From positions 124,001-188,000 of the forward strand of contig JAQGDQ010000400.1 of NCBI GenBank assembly GCA_030141605.1: DNA of 64,000 nucleotides. The letters run 5' to 3'. The position numbers were made by a program, and so were the translations under genes. The first letter of the stretch is position 1. Every line of letters begins with the position of its first letter. The stretch comes from Tubiluchus corallicola (lineage: Eukaryota; Animalia; Priapulida). This document shows positions 1-16,800 of the stretch, one piece after another. The notes below the pieces were generated by a model. It was not told the DNA's origin, made no database searches, and worked only from the letters and a program-made list of their open reading frames with translations.

Positions 1-124
1 GAGTATCAGAAGTAATTATTATTTAACCTAAGCTTTGATTTAAAAAGAGCTATTGCAGTTTTCAATATTTTAGAGCATTTTTATTCTGAACTAATGTTTA
101 CACAATCATGGGGTTTTCCTTTAA
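1..124 (+). mobile_element. 3' end of a TTAA-flanked non-autonomous DNA transposon (family A, Kolobok-like)
   Basis: Matches the 3' ends of the copies at 15514-16069 and 50880-51436; ends ...ggttttcctttaa. Confidence 0.75.
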
Positions 125-250
125 TGAAGATTTTAAATAACCTATAAGCTTACATATCATAAGTATAAGTACTTGGGCTACTAATAGCTCTCAAATAGTC
201 GTATTAATAAAAACTTGCAGTAAAATATGCTGTCAACTGTATATTTCCAG

Positions 251-1458
251 ATGTATCAGTATACAACTTCAAATGTGAACAATACGGGTTTCATGGTTTG
301 GAAGCCAGTATGCTACGCTGGCAAAGAACACAGCTTAGAGAATGATCGGTTGGTACAAGTGTACAATCTGCGTTATGAGGTAGAGACCATACCAAAGGAT
401 AGCATAGCTTATGCTTACTATGGTTCTGTGGATCCTCGGTTGTTACAGGTTTCTGCAATAAATGTGTCATTCGGAACACAGGCTGATGGTTATTATGTTG
501 CAAGTAAATATTTGGACTGGTGAGTACCACACCCTGATTTTTATTGAAATCAAGTGAGTAATGTTTTCAGCTTTACTAACTCATGCAATGCTGCATTTTA
601 TTATACTGTGTCAAATTGTACATACAGTCAACATCGCATATGAGCCGGACCAGAAAAAACCGTCCCTTATATCCGATGTCCCTTATAGCTGAAGTTGAGT
701 CAGACCGAGGGTGTATCTAGACTTGTACTTCTGTGTACTTTTACCCATATTTTTATGGATTATTGCTACACACTCAGTGGAAACGGTATGTAGGAGCTGT
801 TCGAAGGCCGAGTTTGCGAAAAATTGAGGTTAAAAATTGATCAATTTCGCTTTGATCATATGGTCCCTTATATGCGAGGTAATTTACCTGGGTTTCTATT
901 ACACGGGACCTGAAGATATCGTCCCTTATATCCTAGTACCTCATATATAATGATTTTTACATAGGAAAAACGTTACGAAAAATCAGGACCGGTGTTGGTG
1001 GTCCCTTATAAGCGAGTACCTTATTACCGAGTTTGACTGTATTTTTATGCATGACATTTTAATGCTCTTGGAAATTTAAACAGCATTAACTCTGTCTGAC
1101 TGAGAAAATGATTGTAATATTGTTATCTCAAAGCCATTTCTAAACTAGAACTCTGAATACAACATTAGAAGAGATCTCTCTTATGTTTATTATAGCAGTT
1201 TGCACCTTTGATTTTGTGCTCTAGATACGTGAATTGCCTGGTTTATTACTGGCTGCATATGCCATTCTTACTACTTTTTTGAATTTCAGGAATGCATTGT
1301 TGGGCTCAGGTACGCTACCAGAAGATAGGCTATCACCATTAGTTATTGGAGTTATCACTGCAGGTGTTGGTATTCCGTCGCTGCTGTTCACATTTGGGGG
1401 ACTCGCCGTCGTTGTCCAGAAAGTGCGCAATAAAGAAACATTTCCAGAAATTAACTGA
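251..1458 (+). CDS. GLMP: Glycosylated lysosomal membrane protein (NCU-G1/C1orf85), last two coding exons; the 5' part lies outside the window
   Basis: Exons 251-519 (ttccag| ... TG|gtgagt) and 1290-1458 (tttcag|G) join in frame: ...INVSFGTQADGYYVASKYLDW-NALLGSGTLPEDRLSPLVIGVITAGVGIPSLLFTFGGLAVVVQKVRNKETFPEIN*. This has one TM helix and a short tail, matching the recalled human GLMP C-terminus ([30 protein letters not shown]...YQSIN). Confidence 0.88.
625..1039 (+). mobile_element. Tc1/mariner (pogo/Tigger-like) MITE, family C
   Basis: ta|cagtcaac ... gtttgactg|ta termini, internal gtcccttata repeats; second copy at 16329. Confidence 0.8.
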
Positions 1459-3159
1459 ACATTCCTTGCTCCTACAGAATGCTATCTATGTACAGTGAAC
1501 ACATTTACTATCGTATCTTTCAAATATGAGGAAAGCAATTGGTGTCGTTACTTCACTTACCTTTTGAGGCAATTGAAGGTGGTGACAGGAAGTACATGGA
1601 CATTTTCTGTTGCTGTAGGTGTAAGATAAAATACGTGTTTTCATTTTCTGATGTGCTACATTTATTTGCTCAAGTTTAGAGTTCTAAAATGGTGAATTTA
1701 GCAATGAAATTTAAAATCTGGGAGAATAGATATGGTAATGCTATGCTTGCCATGTTTCTTTGCTTAAGTTTGGATTTCTGTAAGTGGTGAATTTGGTAAG
1801 TGAATGTAAAATCTAGAAGCATAGACATAGCTATGCCGTATCTATACAGATCTCTAGCATGCCACATATATACAGAATACATGAGAACAAAGATAATTAT
1901 CAGTTTCATGATGTTAGCTATTGGATGTTTCTTAGCTTGCTTTTAAAAGTCAGTGGTGTACTGTAGATTTCAAGTTCGAGAAACTCGAGGATTATATTCA
2001 AATTAACTTTCCGTCATAACTTAAACAGTAAAATGTTGAACCAAGCTCGTTCATTTTTGCCCAGGTTTTTTTCTCTTTCCAGCAATATTTTTTTCAGCAC
2101 CGTGTACTAATACCAAAGTGTAATATGTAGATATTGTTAAGAGTGTAAAGAATTGAGTTTACATTACTTGTAGATTTGATGATTATGAACGATTATAAAA
2201 TGAAATTGACAAGTATGGAGCTAGATAAATTATATTATTGTGTAAATTATGGTAATTTTTGTAATTGTATATAGTTTCTATGACATATACATGGAAATGA
2301 TGCTTTGATTTAGAAATATAGATGAGTTGGGTGGATTGTTGCGATGAGTTGACTTGTCTCTTTTAGAGCCTTTGTTTGTCTGTGCGATTTGTGTTGCTGT
2401 TCTTATATGAAGGTTAGCGGTCAATATAGCATTTTTTAGAGTATTAAAATGTAGGGAAACTTCACAGCCCAAAATTGTAAACAAGGCAGGTCATTGCTGG
2501 TTATATTTGGATGCGATTTCTTTTCCGGCAGTAATAGTAATCACAGCCAATAAACGCTTGGCAAATGCCAAAAGACCTGAAAGTTTAAAACATTAAGATG
2601 TTAAAAGGTTAATTCCTTTCACGTACTGTAAATGTTTATTGAAATATAGAATACATCATTCCAGCTTGATTGTCCATGTGATGGAGAAAATAAATATATT
2701 TCTCCTGGGTTCCCTTTCTCGTGCTTGTGAAGGTTTCTCTTACAAATGTAATAATCCTACATTTCACTACAATGTAAAGCTGCATCTTTAATATTGTAGC
2801 AAAAGTATTTTTAATCAGTAATTTTTCAGTAGATTGCTATAGAACACTATTTGCTTGTTGGAATTCAAGAGATATCAAGGCATCCTGGAAATGTGTTATT
2901 CGCATTATTTGTATAGCGAATTTTGTACTACGTAATGTGTTTCATCAACTTCCTTAATGTATATCAATGTTTTATAACGTTTTATGATCATAGAAACTGG
3001 GCTTACTACAATGTTGTGTTAAAGATAATAAATGCTTTTGTGATAAAGTAATGCAAATGTATAAGGCAATATAGTACAATGTACAGTAACTGATAACACA
3101 ATTCGTTTCTGTTTCATTTTCTATGAAAATATCAGGCAAAGGGTGAAGCTGTAATAATA

Positions 3160-3664
3160 CAGGGATGAGAATTTTCTGCGGATACGCGGAATTCCGAGTT
3201 TTTGCCATTTTTGTAAATCGCGTAAATTCGTTGAGAAAGTTTGTACGAACCCTGTACATAATTTCACAAGCTGACTGCTAGTTGGCAGGCCGTCACTTTG
3301 TTTACATCACGTATATCAGTGTAACCACGTGTATATCTCTATGTATAAAAATATAGAATCAATTGTGCAGAGTTATTTGAGTCAATTGCAGACAGTTTTT
3401 ATATACTTTTCCATAGGAGCGGCCAGTACTTAGGCGTTTTTGAGACAATTAGGTATCATGTATCCTTGATAGTTGGATATTTTGAATTATGCATGAAACA
3501 AGGTAACTGATACTTTAAGTTCACTTAGAGGCTCTCTATGGTCACAAAATTGCAATTTGTTGCTGGCTCCAAGGGGGCTTTGCATCTCAACCCCGTTAGG
3601 GGCCTAAGGACCCAAAACCCCGGCCTGTTTCAGAGTTTTTTGCAATTTGTCATTCTCATCCCTG
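3160..3664 (+). mobile_element. hAT-like MITE, family B
   Basis: TIR cagggatgagaat/attctcatccctg; flanks ataata/ataatc; inverted copy at 7131-7648. Confidence 0.85.
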
Positions 3665-4220
3665 ATAATCACATCACACAGAGTCAGTAGTCCATTACAT
3701 ATGCATTAGGCAAACCAAATAGGGTTCATCACAGGGCAATGAGTACCAGAGCTTTAGACGAATCAGTTGCTTAAAAAAGGAGGAAGCTGTAATAGCTCGC
3801 TGTTGCTCTAAAGATCTCGTTCACACAACTTCAGTATCAATGGTAAATGGCGACTGTAGTTCCACAAAACCAAAATTCATAAAACTTGCATATGATTTTC
3901 ATTGTTGGAAAAGTGACTATTTGGCCTGGCAACCAGTCAAATAATCAAAGTGCGATTCTGATGCATGAACTTAATATGAAATGTTTTTCACTGTTTCTTA
4001 AATAATAACATGACCAGCTCTTCAACTATATGGTAACAGCAGGTTGACTATGCTAAGTGCCCTTACATGGTGTGACGGACTGAAGTGTGTGACGTAAAAG
4101 ATAATAGCAAGGTGTTACAGATAATGAAGTTTTTTATCCAAAAATGCTGTAAACTGTAGATGAATCTACGTTCCAGTCATGCTGCCAACATGATGAGTGG
4201 CAGAAAAGTAACGGCCGATT

Positions 4221-5388
4221 TGCAAGTTACCAATTCTTGTTACAAGTATGATTAAAAGTCAGAGGTGAAGAACTTTGACCAATGCAAGTTACCAATTCTT
4301 GTTACAAGTATGATTAAAAGTCAGAGGTGAAGAACTTTGACCAATGCAAGTTACCAATTCTTGTTACAAGTATGATTAAAAGTCAGAGGTGAAGAACTTT
4401 GACAATGCAAGTTACCAATTCTTGTTACAAGTATGATTAAAAGTCAGAGGTGAAGAACTTTGACAATGCAAGTTACCAATTCTTGTTACAAGCATGATTA
4501 AAAGTCAGAGGTGAAGAACTTTGATAATGCAAGTTACCAATTCTTGTTACAAGTATGATTAAAAGTCAGAGGTGAAGAACTTTGACCAATGCAAGTTACC
4601 AATTCTTGTTACAAGTATGATTAAAAGTCAGAGGTGAAGAACTTTGACAATGCAAGTTACCAATTCTTGTTACAAGTATGATTAAAAGTCAGAGGTGAAG
4701 AACTTTGACAATGCAAGTTACCAATTCTTGTTACAAGTATGATTAAAAGTCAGAGGTGAAGAACTTTGACCAATGCAAGTTACCAATTCTTGTTACAAGT
4801 ATGATTAAAAGTCAGAGGTGAAGAACTTTGACAATGCAAGTTACCAATTCTTGTTACAAGTATGATTAAAAGTCAGAGGTGAAGAACTTTGACAATGCAA
4901 GTTACCAATTCTTGTTACAAGTATGATTAAAAGTCAGAGGTGAAGAACTTTGACCAATGCAAGTTACCAATTCTTGTTACAAGTATGATTAAAAGTCAGA
5001 GGTGAAGAACTTTGACCAATGCAAGTTACCAATTCTTGTTACAAGTATGATTAAAAGTCAGAGGTGAAGAACTTTGACAATGCAAGTTACCAATTCTTGT
5101 TACAAGTATGATTAAAAGTCAGAGGTGAAGAACTTTGACAATGCAAGTTACCAATTCTTGTTACAAGTATGATTAAAAGTCAGAGGTGAAGAACTTTGAC
5201 CAATGCAAGTTACCAATTCTTGTTACAAGTATGATTAAAAGTCAGAGGTGAAGAACTTTGAACAGTGCAAGTTACCAATTCTTGTTACAAGTATAATTAA
5301 AAGTCAGAGGTGAAGAACTTTGACCAGTGCAAGTTACCAATTCTTGTTACAAGTATGATTAAAAGTCAGAGGTGAAGAACTTTGACCA
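4221..5388. repeat. Minisatellite, 61-62 bp unit, about 19 copies
   Basis: tgcaagttaccaattcttgttacaagtatgattaaaagtcagaggtgaagaactttgac(c)aa repeated head to tail, nearly identical. Confidence 0.97.
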
Positions 5389-5558
5389 AATCTGTTACAA
5401 CGTGTGTTGTTTCCAGAAAAATAAAAATTCAGACTTTCAGTGAGATAGTAAAAGCAGATAACAAGTGTAAAACAGTCAATATAACATCTGCCACTTTCTC
5501 TCTCAATAACTTCAACATACGAAATACTTGAAACACCAACATTCACATGACACAGGTG

Positions 5559-5564
5559 TTTATT
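5559..5564 (-). terminator. RPS17 polyadenylation signal AATAAA
   Basis: tttatt on the + strand, about 20 nt past the RPS17 stop codon. Confidence 0.7.
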
Positions 5565-5582
5565 TTTCAACTGTACAATAAT

Positions 5583-9190
<3,608 letters not shown>

Positions 9191-9210
9191 TTTCGTTAAT
9201 CTACAGCACT

Positions 9211-9219
9211 AAAAGGAAG
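9211..9219 (-). promoter_or_regulatory. 5'TOP/TCT-type transcription start of RPS17
   Basis: CTTCCTTTT on the minus strand, about 20-30 nt upstream of the ATG; typical of ribosomal protein genes. Confidence 0.75.
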
Positions 9220-9452
9220 TTATTACCAGGCACAGTTGGTGATAAAGTGGAAAGTTTTTCTTGACACAGATTCGCCAAAGTGCCAGTAAAAATTCTTTTT
9301 ATAATTTTCATTATATGACGGTAGTTTTAACGCAAAAAATATTTTAAAAAGATGCATTATTTTGCCTAAAAACTTTTGGTCTTAAGTTAAAAATTTCGTA
9401 TTTCAAAATTATAATTCTGTTTCAGCAATCACTATGTTCCAGGCCCACGGCC

Positions 9453-9461
9453 GTCACATGA
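9453..9461 (+). promoter_or_regulatory. CLEAR/M-box-like E-box (TFEB/MITF site) upstream of hexosaminidase
   Basis: GTCACATGA about 150 nt upstream of the ATG of a lysosomal hydrolase, in the divergent promoter gap. Confidence 0.55.
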
Positions 9462-9609
9462 AAACAATAAAACGTTTACTTACTGTTAGTCTTTATGCTA
9501 AGGGCCTTTTTATAGACTGGCATAGGCCATAGCGTATTAAAGTTTTTAAGAAGTCGTGTTTCTGTTTTAATAGCTCTTGATTGCGCTGAATGAATAAACT
9601 TGCGGCAAC

Positions 9610-10717
9610 ATGAAAAGCGATTTTACTGTTATAGTATTAGGCATTTTGGTGTTTTATTCATGCTTTCTCACTCGTACTTCTTGCAATCAACAGCGAGATT
9701 ATGAAAACGTCGGTACAGTTAAGGTGGAACCAACGGTGGGTCAGCCTTGGCCAAAACCACAAATATACCAAGTACAACAAACGTATATGAACATAGACAA
9801 ACAAAATTTTGAATTTACAGTAAGTCAGAAAACATGTGATATACTGGATGCTGCAATACAACGTTATTACAAAACTATTTTTTATCCAGAAGATGGCAGG
9901 TATTGATATTTATATATCATCGTATTTAAAATGTCTTGAAAATAAAAGGTGTCTGTGAGTGTGCTTAAAATTTGTTACATTCATGATGAGTAACCTTGCT
10001 TCTATCCCTAATCCAGTGCTTACAACATAAGCTTAACTTTGAGATTCTGTGGCACTGTAATTATTTTCTGCCTTTTTATTTGTTATACGCACCAAGTTCT
10101 GCATCACATTTCAATCTCACAGCCGTACTGTGGTTTTTGTTAAGGAGTTCCTTATTGTTACTTGTGAAAAACTGTCTGTGAACATTAACACCTTGTTGAA
10201 AGTGTTGGTGCACACAGCTTTGGTGATAGTCCTGCAAGGAATGAAGAACTATGTTATGTGAAAGTTCTTTTCCTTTAGCAGGCCAGCCAGCTTCGACAGT
10301 TAATCATCGACCGACATTTAATTAGTCAAAATCACGTCAGGGTGAGCTGTCACACATTGTGTTAGTTTGTGAAGTGATGACCTAAGCATTTGTAAGCAAA
10401 CTATTTCTCAGCTTCCTCACTGATTTTTGTTCCACTGTTCTAACAAATTTAATTTTCACAGAGTTAAAAGAAGTGTTCTGAGATTTGAACCTGAAGAAAG
10501 AAAGCCAAGTCTTGTTGTTGACAGCGATTATCATGGAATCCTACAGTCTCTTAACGTTTTCCTTACTAATGACTGTGAAGATCTGCCCGCTATGAATATG
10601 GATGAGCAGTGTAGGTTTTTTAAGTTTGATTTTATTTTAAAAAATGAGTTGAAGTTAGGTAAGTTTGATAGTAAGAACAGATATCCACAACTTATGTGAC
10701 TGGGAGAGGGAGAGGAA

Positions 10718-10812
<95 letters not shown>

Positions 10813-13800
10813 AGAGAGAGAGAGAGAGAGAGAGAGATTGAGAAGGGAGAGAAAGAGAGAGAGGGGGAGAGCAAGAGAGATAGAGGGGAGAGGGCAAGAG
10901 AGAGAGAGGAGAGAAAGAGAGAGAGGGGGAGAAAGAGAGAGCGGGAGGGGGAGAGAGAGAGGGGGGGGGGAAGAATAAGCAGACAAGCCATCAACCTGTT
11001 TTCTCTTTTTATTGGTGTTGTTTCTCCAGTTGTTGCATTTATAAATAAACACGGGCCTATAAAAGGTTATAGATTATGTAATACAAATGGCAGAGTTTCA
11101 AAGTACGAATATAGTAGGTGGTGGTCTAATAAGAAAATTCAAAAACTCTCGTGAAGCATTAAATTTATTTTTGAAAATTGCTTCCTTGTATATACTCATT
11201 ATAAAAGGTCTCTTCTAGTAATAAAGAAACATTAATGCGGTGTGTCTATAATACTAAACATTTAGATACTTTTCAATTGAATTTTCCCGAAATTATATTT
11301 TCTTCCAGATGAAATAAAGATTGACAATGCAGACTATCCTGGAAAGGGAATCTTGACAAGTGACAGTATCTGGGGGATTTTGCGAGGTTTAGAAACATTC
11401 AGTCAAATTATATACGAGTCTACAGAAGGTTTAGTAAGTTCAGTTTTTTCCTGCCATAGTCAGTATTTTTAATAGATGAGAGACAATTTAATTGTTGGGA
11501 AAGCATTTCAAGATAGTTTAAGTTAGTAAGTCTGAAATCAACTTTAAATTGAACTTGTAATGTGAGTCCAGTAGCTTAAAAGTCAATGAGTATTGAATTT
11601 GCCAACATGATTATAGCTGGAGAGGTGTTTTTGTTCTGTTAAATGAATATATGATTTTATACTCATAGCTTACAATAATTCTATGCTTGGTGTGTTTTTG
11701 CATTTTTTTGAAATACTGTTTTTGAGTGAGGGAATAATTAATTCTCGTGATATCATATGCTTAGAGACCATAGTCGAGTAGTAGCTGAGCTTGTGGATGG
11801 GTGTTTGATAGGGGTGAGCATCGAACGTTCGAATCGAATTCGAACGCTCGAATTCGATTCGAATGAGTTTTTTCATTTCGAACTCTATTCAAATCCAAAA
11901 CTATAGATTCGAATAATTCAACACTTCAATCACATATGTTCTTTATCACTAAAACGATTGAAACATCATGCAATTAGCATAATTTACCTGTGATTTCTGC
12001 GCACAATTTTAAAGAAATTACTAGTCGTTTTATTGCAGAACAAAATCTAGTGATATGCATGATCTTTGTAAGACTAATTTTTACTGGTGGTTTGAAAACT
12101 TGTTCGAAAATCTTTCAATCTCAATTCGAATTCGGTTCGAATTCGAAACACTGAAGTTCGGTTCGATTCGAATTCGCTGTCTGGTAGAGAATGCTCACCC
12201 CTAGTGTTTGAACACCTGCAAAAACTGCTTCTAGTCAGCTTCATAATCTGCCATATTGCCCTGGTTGTCTACCTCATTTGTGGAGGATTCACAGGCCAAG
12301 ACAACACTGCTGGTTCAGTGTCTCAGAAAATTTTCCGTGGTAGGTTACAGTCCCTAGTCTTGTCTTAGCCATCTACAGCGTCGATTTTGGCTTACGGTGC
12401 CCTATTTATTGATAACGCTGCGCTGATCTATTACAATCAGTTTGGAGCATTGCATTCAATGTTCTAATTGACTAATTAAGATTTACGTTTGGTTTAGGAT
12501 CAGACGTATAAGATTTACGCTTGGTTTAGGATCAGACTTATAAGATTTACGCTTGGTTTAGGATCAGACTGATAAGATTTACGCTTGGTTTAGGATCAGA
12601 CTTATAAGATTTACGCTTGGTTTAGGATCAGACTTATAAGATTTACGCTTGGTTTAGGATCAGACTTATAAGATTTACGCTTGGTTTAGGATCAGACTTA
12701 TAAGATTTACGCTTGGTTTAGGATCAGACTTATAAGATTTACGCTTGGTTTAGGATCAGACTTATAAGATTTACGCTTGGTTTAGGATCAGACTTATAAG
12801 ATTTACGCTTGGTTTAGGATCAGACTGATAAGATTTACGCTTGGTTTAGGATCAGACTTATAAGATTTACGCTTGGTTTAGGATCAGACTTATAAGATTT
12901 ACGCTTGGTTTAGGATCAGACTTATAAGATTTACGCTTGGTTTAGGATCAGACTTATAAGATTTACGCTTGGTTTAGGATCAGACTTATAAGATTTACGC
13001 TTGGTTTAGGATCAGACTTATAAGATTTACGCTTGGTTTAGGATCAGACTTATAAGATTTACGCTTGGTTTAGGATCAGACTTATAAGATTTACGCTTGG
13101 TTTAGGATCAGACTTATAAGATTTACGCTTGGTTTAGGATCAGACTTATAAGATTTACGCTTGGTTTAGGATCAGACTTATAAGATTTACGCTTGGTTTA
13201 GGATCAGACTTATAAGATTTACGCTTGGTTTAGGATCAGACTTATAAGATTTACGCTTGGTTTAGGATCAGACTTATAAGATTTACGCTTGGTTTAGGAT
13301 CAGACTTATAAGATTTACGCTTGGTTTAGGATCAGACTTATAAGATTTACGCTTGGTTTAGGATCAGACTTATAATATTTACGCTTGGTTTAGGATCAGA
13401 CTTATAAGATTTACGCTTGGTTTAGGATCAGACTTATAAGATTTACGCTTGGTTTAGGATCAGACTTATAAGATTTACGCTTGGTTTAGGATCAGACTTA
13501 TAAGATTTACGCTTGGTTTAGGATCAGACTTATAAGATTTACGCTTGGTTTAGGATCAGACTTATAAGATTTACGCTTGGTTTAGGATCAGACTTATAAG
13601 ATTTACGCTTGGTTTAGATCAGACTTATAAGATTTACGCTTGGTTTAGGATCAGACTTATAAGATTTACGCTTGGTTTAGGATCAGACTTATAAGATTTA
13701 CGCTTGGTTTAGGATCAGACTTATAAGATTTATTAAGAGACTTATAAGATTTACGCTTGGTTTAGGATCAGACTTATAAGATTTATGCTTGGTTTAGGAG

Positions 13801-16800
13801 CAGACTTATAAGATTTACGCTTGGTTTAGGATCAGACTTATAAGATTTACGCTTGGTTTAGGATCAGACTTATAAAATTTACGTTTGGTTTAGGAGCAGA
13901 CATAAGATTTACGTTTGGTTTAGGAGCAGACTTATAAATTTTACGTTTGGTTTAGGAGCAGACTTACAAGATTTACGTTTGGTTTAGGAGCAGACTTATA
14001 AATTTTACGTTTGGTTTAGGAGCAGACTTATAAATTTTACGTTTGGTTTAGGAGCTGACTTGTAAGATTTACATTTATTTTGTTATGCAGCTGAGGATTA
14101 ACAGCACTTTTATTGATGATCATCCAAGGTTTTCTCACAGAGGTATCCTGCTGGATACATCCAGGCACTTTGTAAACAAGGCTGTTTTGTTAAAGAATTT
14201 GGTGAGTTTATTGTAGCAGTCAATTTTTATGTTATGCATTAGGTGTACACATATACTTAAGTTAATAAGTTATTATAACTATTTTATTTATTTGTAGGAG
14301 TGTGTAATTATTTCATTTATTTACAGTAACATGAAATAATTCAACGTTACATAAATTTGGTTTACAAGCACAAGATCTAGTACGAATAGTTTGTTTTTCC
14401 TCTGCGCAAATTTACTTTTACTGGTTAATCCAAATGTTATTATGTTGTGTATGTTTGTGAACTTTGTGTTTCATGTTTATGTTTAAAAAAAATTTTACAA
14501 CAGTTTGTGGCATTTTGTTTTTAAAGGCGATTAGGGATAGCTCGATTGATTATATATTGCTTTACTTATGTGGTATTGTGAACTTGTAAAGTTTAAGTCA
14601 CTATTTTACTCTATGTTTGTCTTATATACTTGTTGCTACTATTCTTGCAGCGAGAGAGAGAGAGAGAGAGTGGGGAGGGGGAGAAAGAGAGAGGGATAGG
14701 TCAATTGATTATATATTACTTTTCTTATGTGGTATTGTGAACTTGTAAAGTTTAAGTCATTATTTTACTCTATATTTGTAATATATACTTGCCACTATTC
14801 TTGTAACCTTGTTATTCAGTAAATTCATATTTGTACAAAAAAATCTATTGCTTAAAGACATTAGTTTAAAAAAAAATAAAAAACAATATCATTCTTATAT
14901 TTTATGGAAGAATATGTTAATTTTGCTGGTCCAATGAATTATCACATCTCTACTAAACTCCTTTCTATTTCATTTCTTTTCTCTTTTTCTCTGTCTTTGT
15001 CTATTATTTTATCTTAACTATTCTCTGTTTTTCTATAATTCTTTCTCTTGTTTATTAAGCAGTTTTTTTCTCCACTTTTCATGGTGGCCTTACAAGCTTT
15101 GCTTCTTGACCACCATGCAGCATATATTTCCTGTTGATAAACTATTGTGCCATTAGTAACTATATTAATATAGTTGTAGTTCTTTTACAATCATTGTAAT
15201 TACAATTGATTTGATGTATAACAGTTACAATGTGATAATGTAATTATGCTGAAGTGGACAATAAATTGCGTCAATTACGTCAAAAAAATTACATCAATTA
15301 ACTTTTTAAGGCAAAGTGAAAAAAATCTTTTTTTACAGCAAGTTCTTATTAATTTTACACAAATGCTTGATTTTTTTTCAGGATACAATGGCATACAATA
15401 AGCTTAATGTTTTTCATTGGCATATTGTTGATGATCATTCATTTCCTTACGAAAGTTATTTGTTTCCAGATTTAAGTGCAAAGGTGAGCCAGTTAAATAC
15501 TGTAAATGCTTGTTTAAAGGAAGACCGGACGATTGTTTAGACTCAATCTCATCTTAATTTACTGTCCAAAATATACATGTTCCTGCCTATAAAAGTTAAC
15601 AATTGTTCCTTATATTTGAATAATTAGCTTAGAATGTTAATTATCGTCAACCGAGCACAGCTATCGCTTACGTCAGTAACTAACCACAGTTTGTGCAATA
15701 GCAGGCATCTTCCCTTGCGCATCAAGCACTTGCATAAGTGTTACAGTACTGCTTAAATGCATGATGTCGCGAAAAATGGGCTCTATATCATATGACGTCA
15801 TGAAACTAACACAACAGTTCATGATCATGGCTATCACGGTACCACCTTCTGTTTGTCGGCCACGCGCACGTGACAAAAAAGCGCAGTTGCCAATCTTAGT
15901 AGATTCACTGAGCCGTGAGTAGCTTTGAAAGTTTAACAAAATTTGAGTATCCGAGGTAATTATTATTTAATCTAAACTTTGAATTAAAAAAAGCTATTAT
16001 AGTTTTCAGTGCTTTAGAGCATACTTTATTTTGAACTAATGTCTGCACAGTCGTCCGGTTTTGCTTTAATAATGCTAATGTACCCCATCAAATTGTAACC
16101 CTGTGTTAAATCTTGTTAATTGAAGCCATGTTTCCATAATGGGGGATGCTTTTGTTGCTGCAAAAACAATTAGTGCTTGGATTATGTAAATCAGACAGGT
16201 AATGATTTTCGTTGCTTTACTTTGTCGTTATTGTTTTATCAATCATAAATATTAATTGTTTCAGTAGTGTATGTCATGTAGGTAATTTTGCAGTTATAGT
16301 TATATAACACTTGATAGAGTTTTAGCTACAGTCAACTTCGGATATAAGGGACACCTCCAGACCAGAAAAAACCGTCCCTTATATCTGATGTCCCTTATAG
16401 CCGCAGTTGAGTCAGATCGAGGGTGCATCTAGACCTGTATTTTTCTGCACTTTTACCCATGTTTTTATGGATTATTGCTACACATTCAGTGCAAACGGTA
16501 TGTAGGAAGCTCCTTCGGTGATGCGAGATGTATGTGACCGCGGAAACCGAGCTGTTCGTAGGCTGAGTTTGCGATAAAATCAATCAATTTCACTTTGGTT
16601 CATTATATGCGAGGTAATTTACCTGGGTTTCTATTACGCGGGACCTAAAGATATCGTCTCTTATAACCAAAAGTCTCTTATATCCGAGTACGTTATATAC
16701 GAAGATTTTTATAAGGAAAAACGTTACGAAAAATTGGGACCTGTAGATCTTCTATTCCATTTTAAAACTTATGCATGTAGTATGTATACTCATACCTGCA

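Noticed and set aside
4221-5388. Tandem arrays (also 12477-14072, 31807-32690, 45399-46654) as CRISPR arrays
   Set aside because: Units are head-to-tail with no unique spacers, there are no cas genes, and the context is a spliceosomal eukaryotic genome.
10531-11154. Long ORFs with RERE/LSLS runs
   Set aside because: Translations of the intronic (GA)n microsatellite.
12477-14072. Interstitial telomere (TTAGG within the unit)
   Set aside because: Only one TTAGG per 32-bp unit, not a tandem telomeric repeat.
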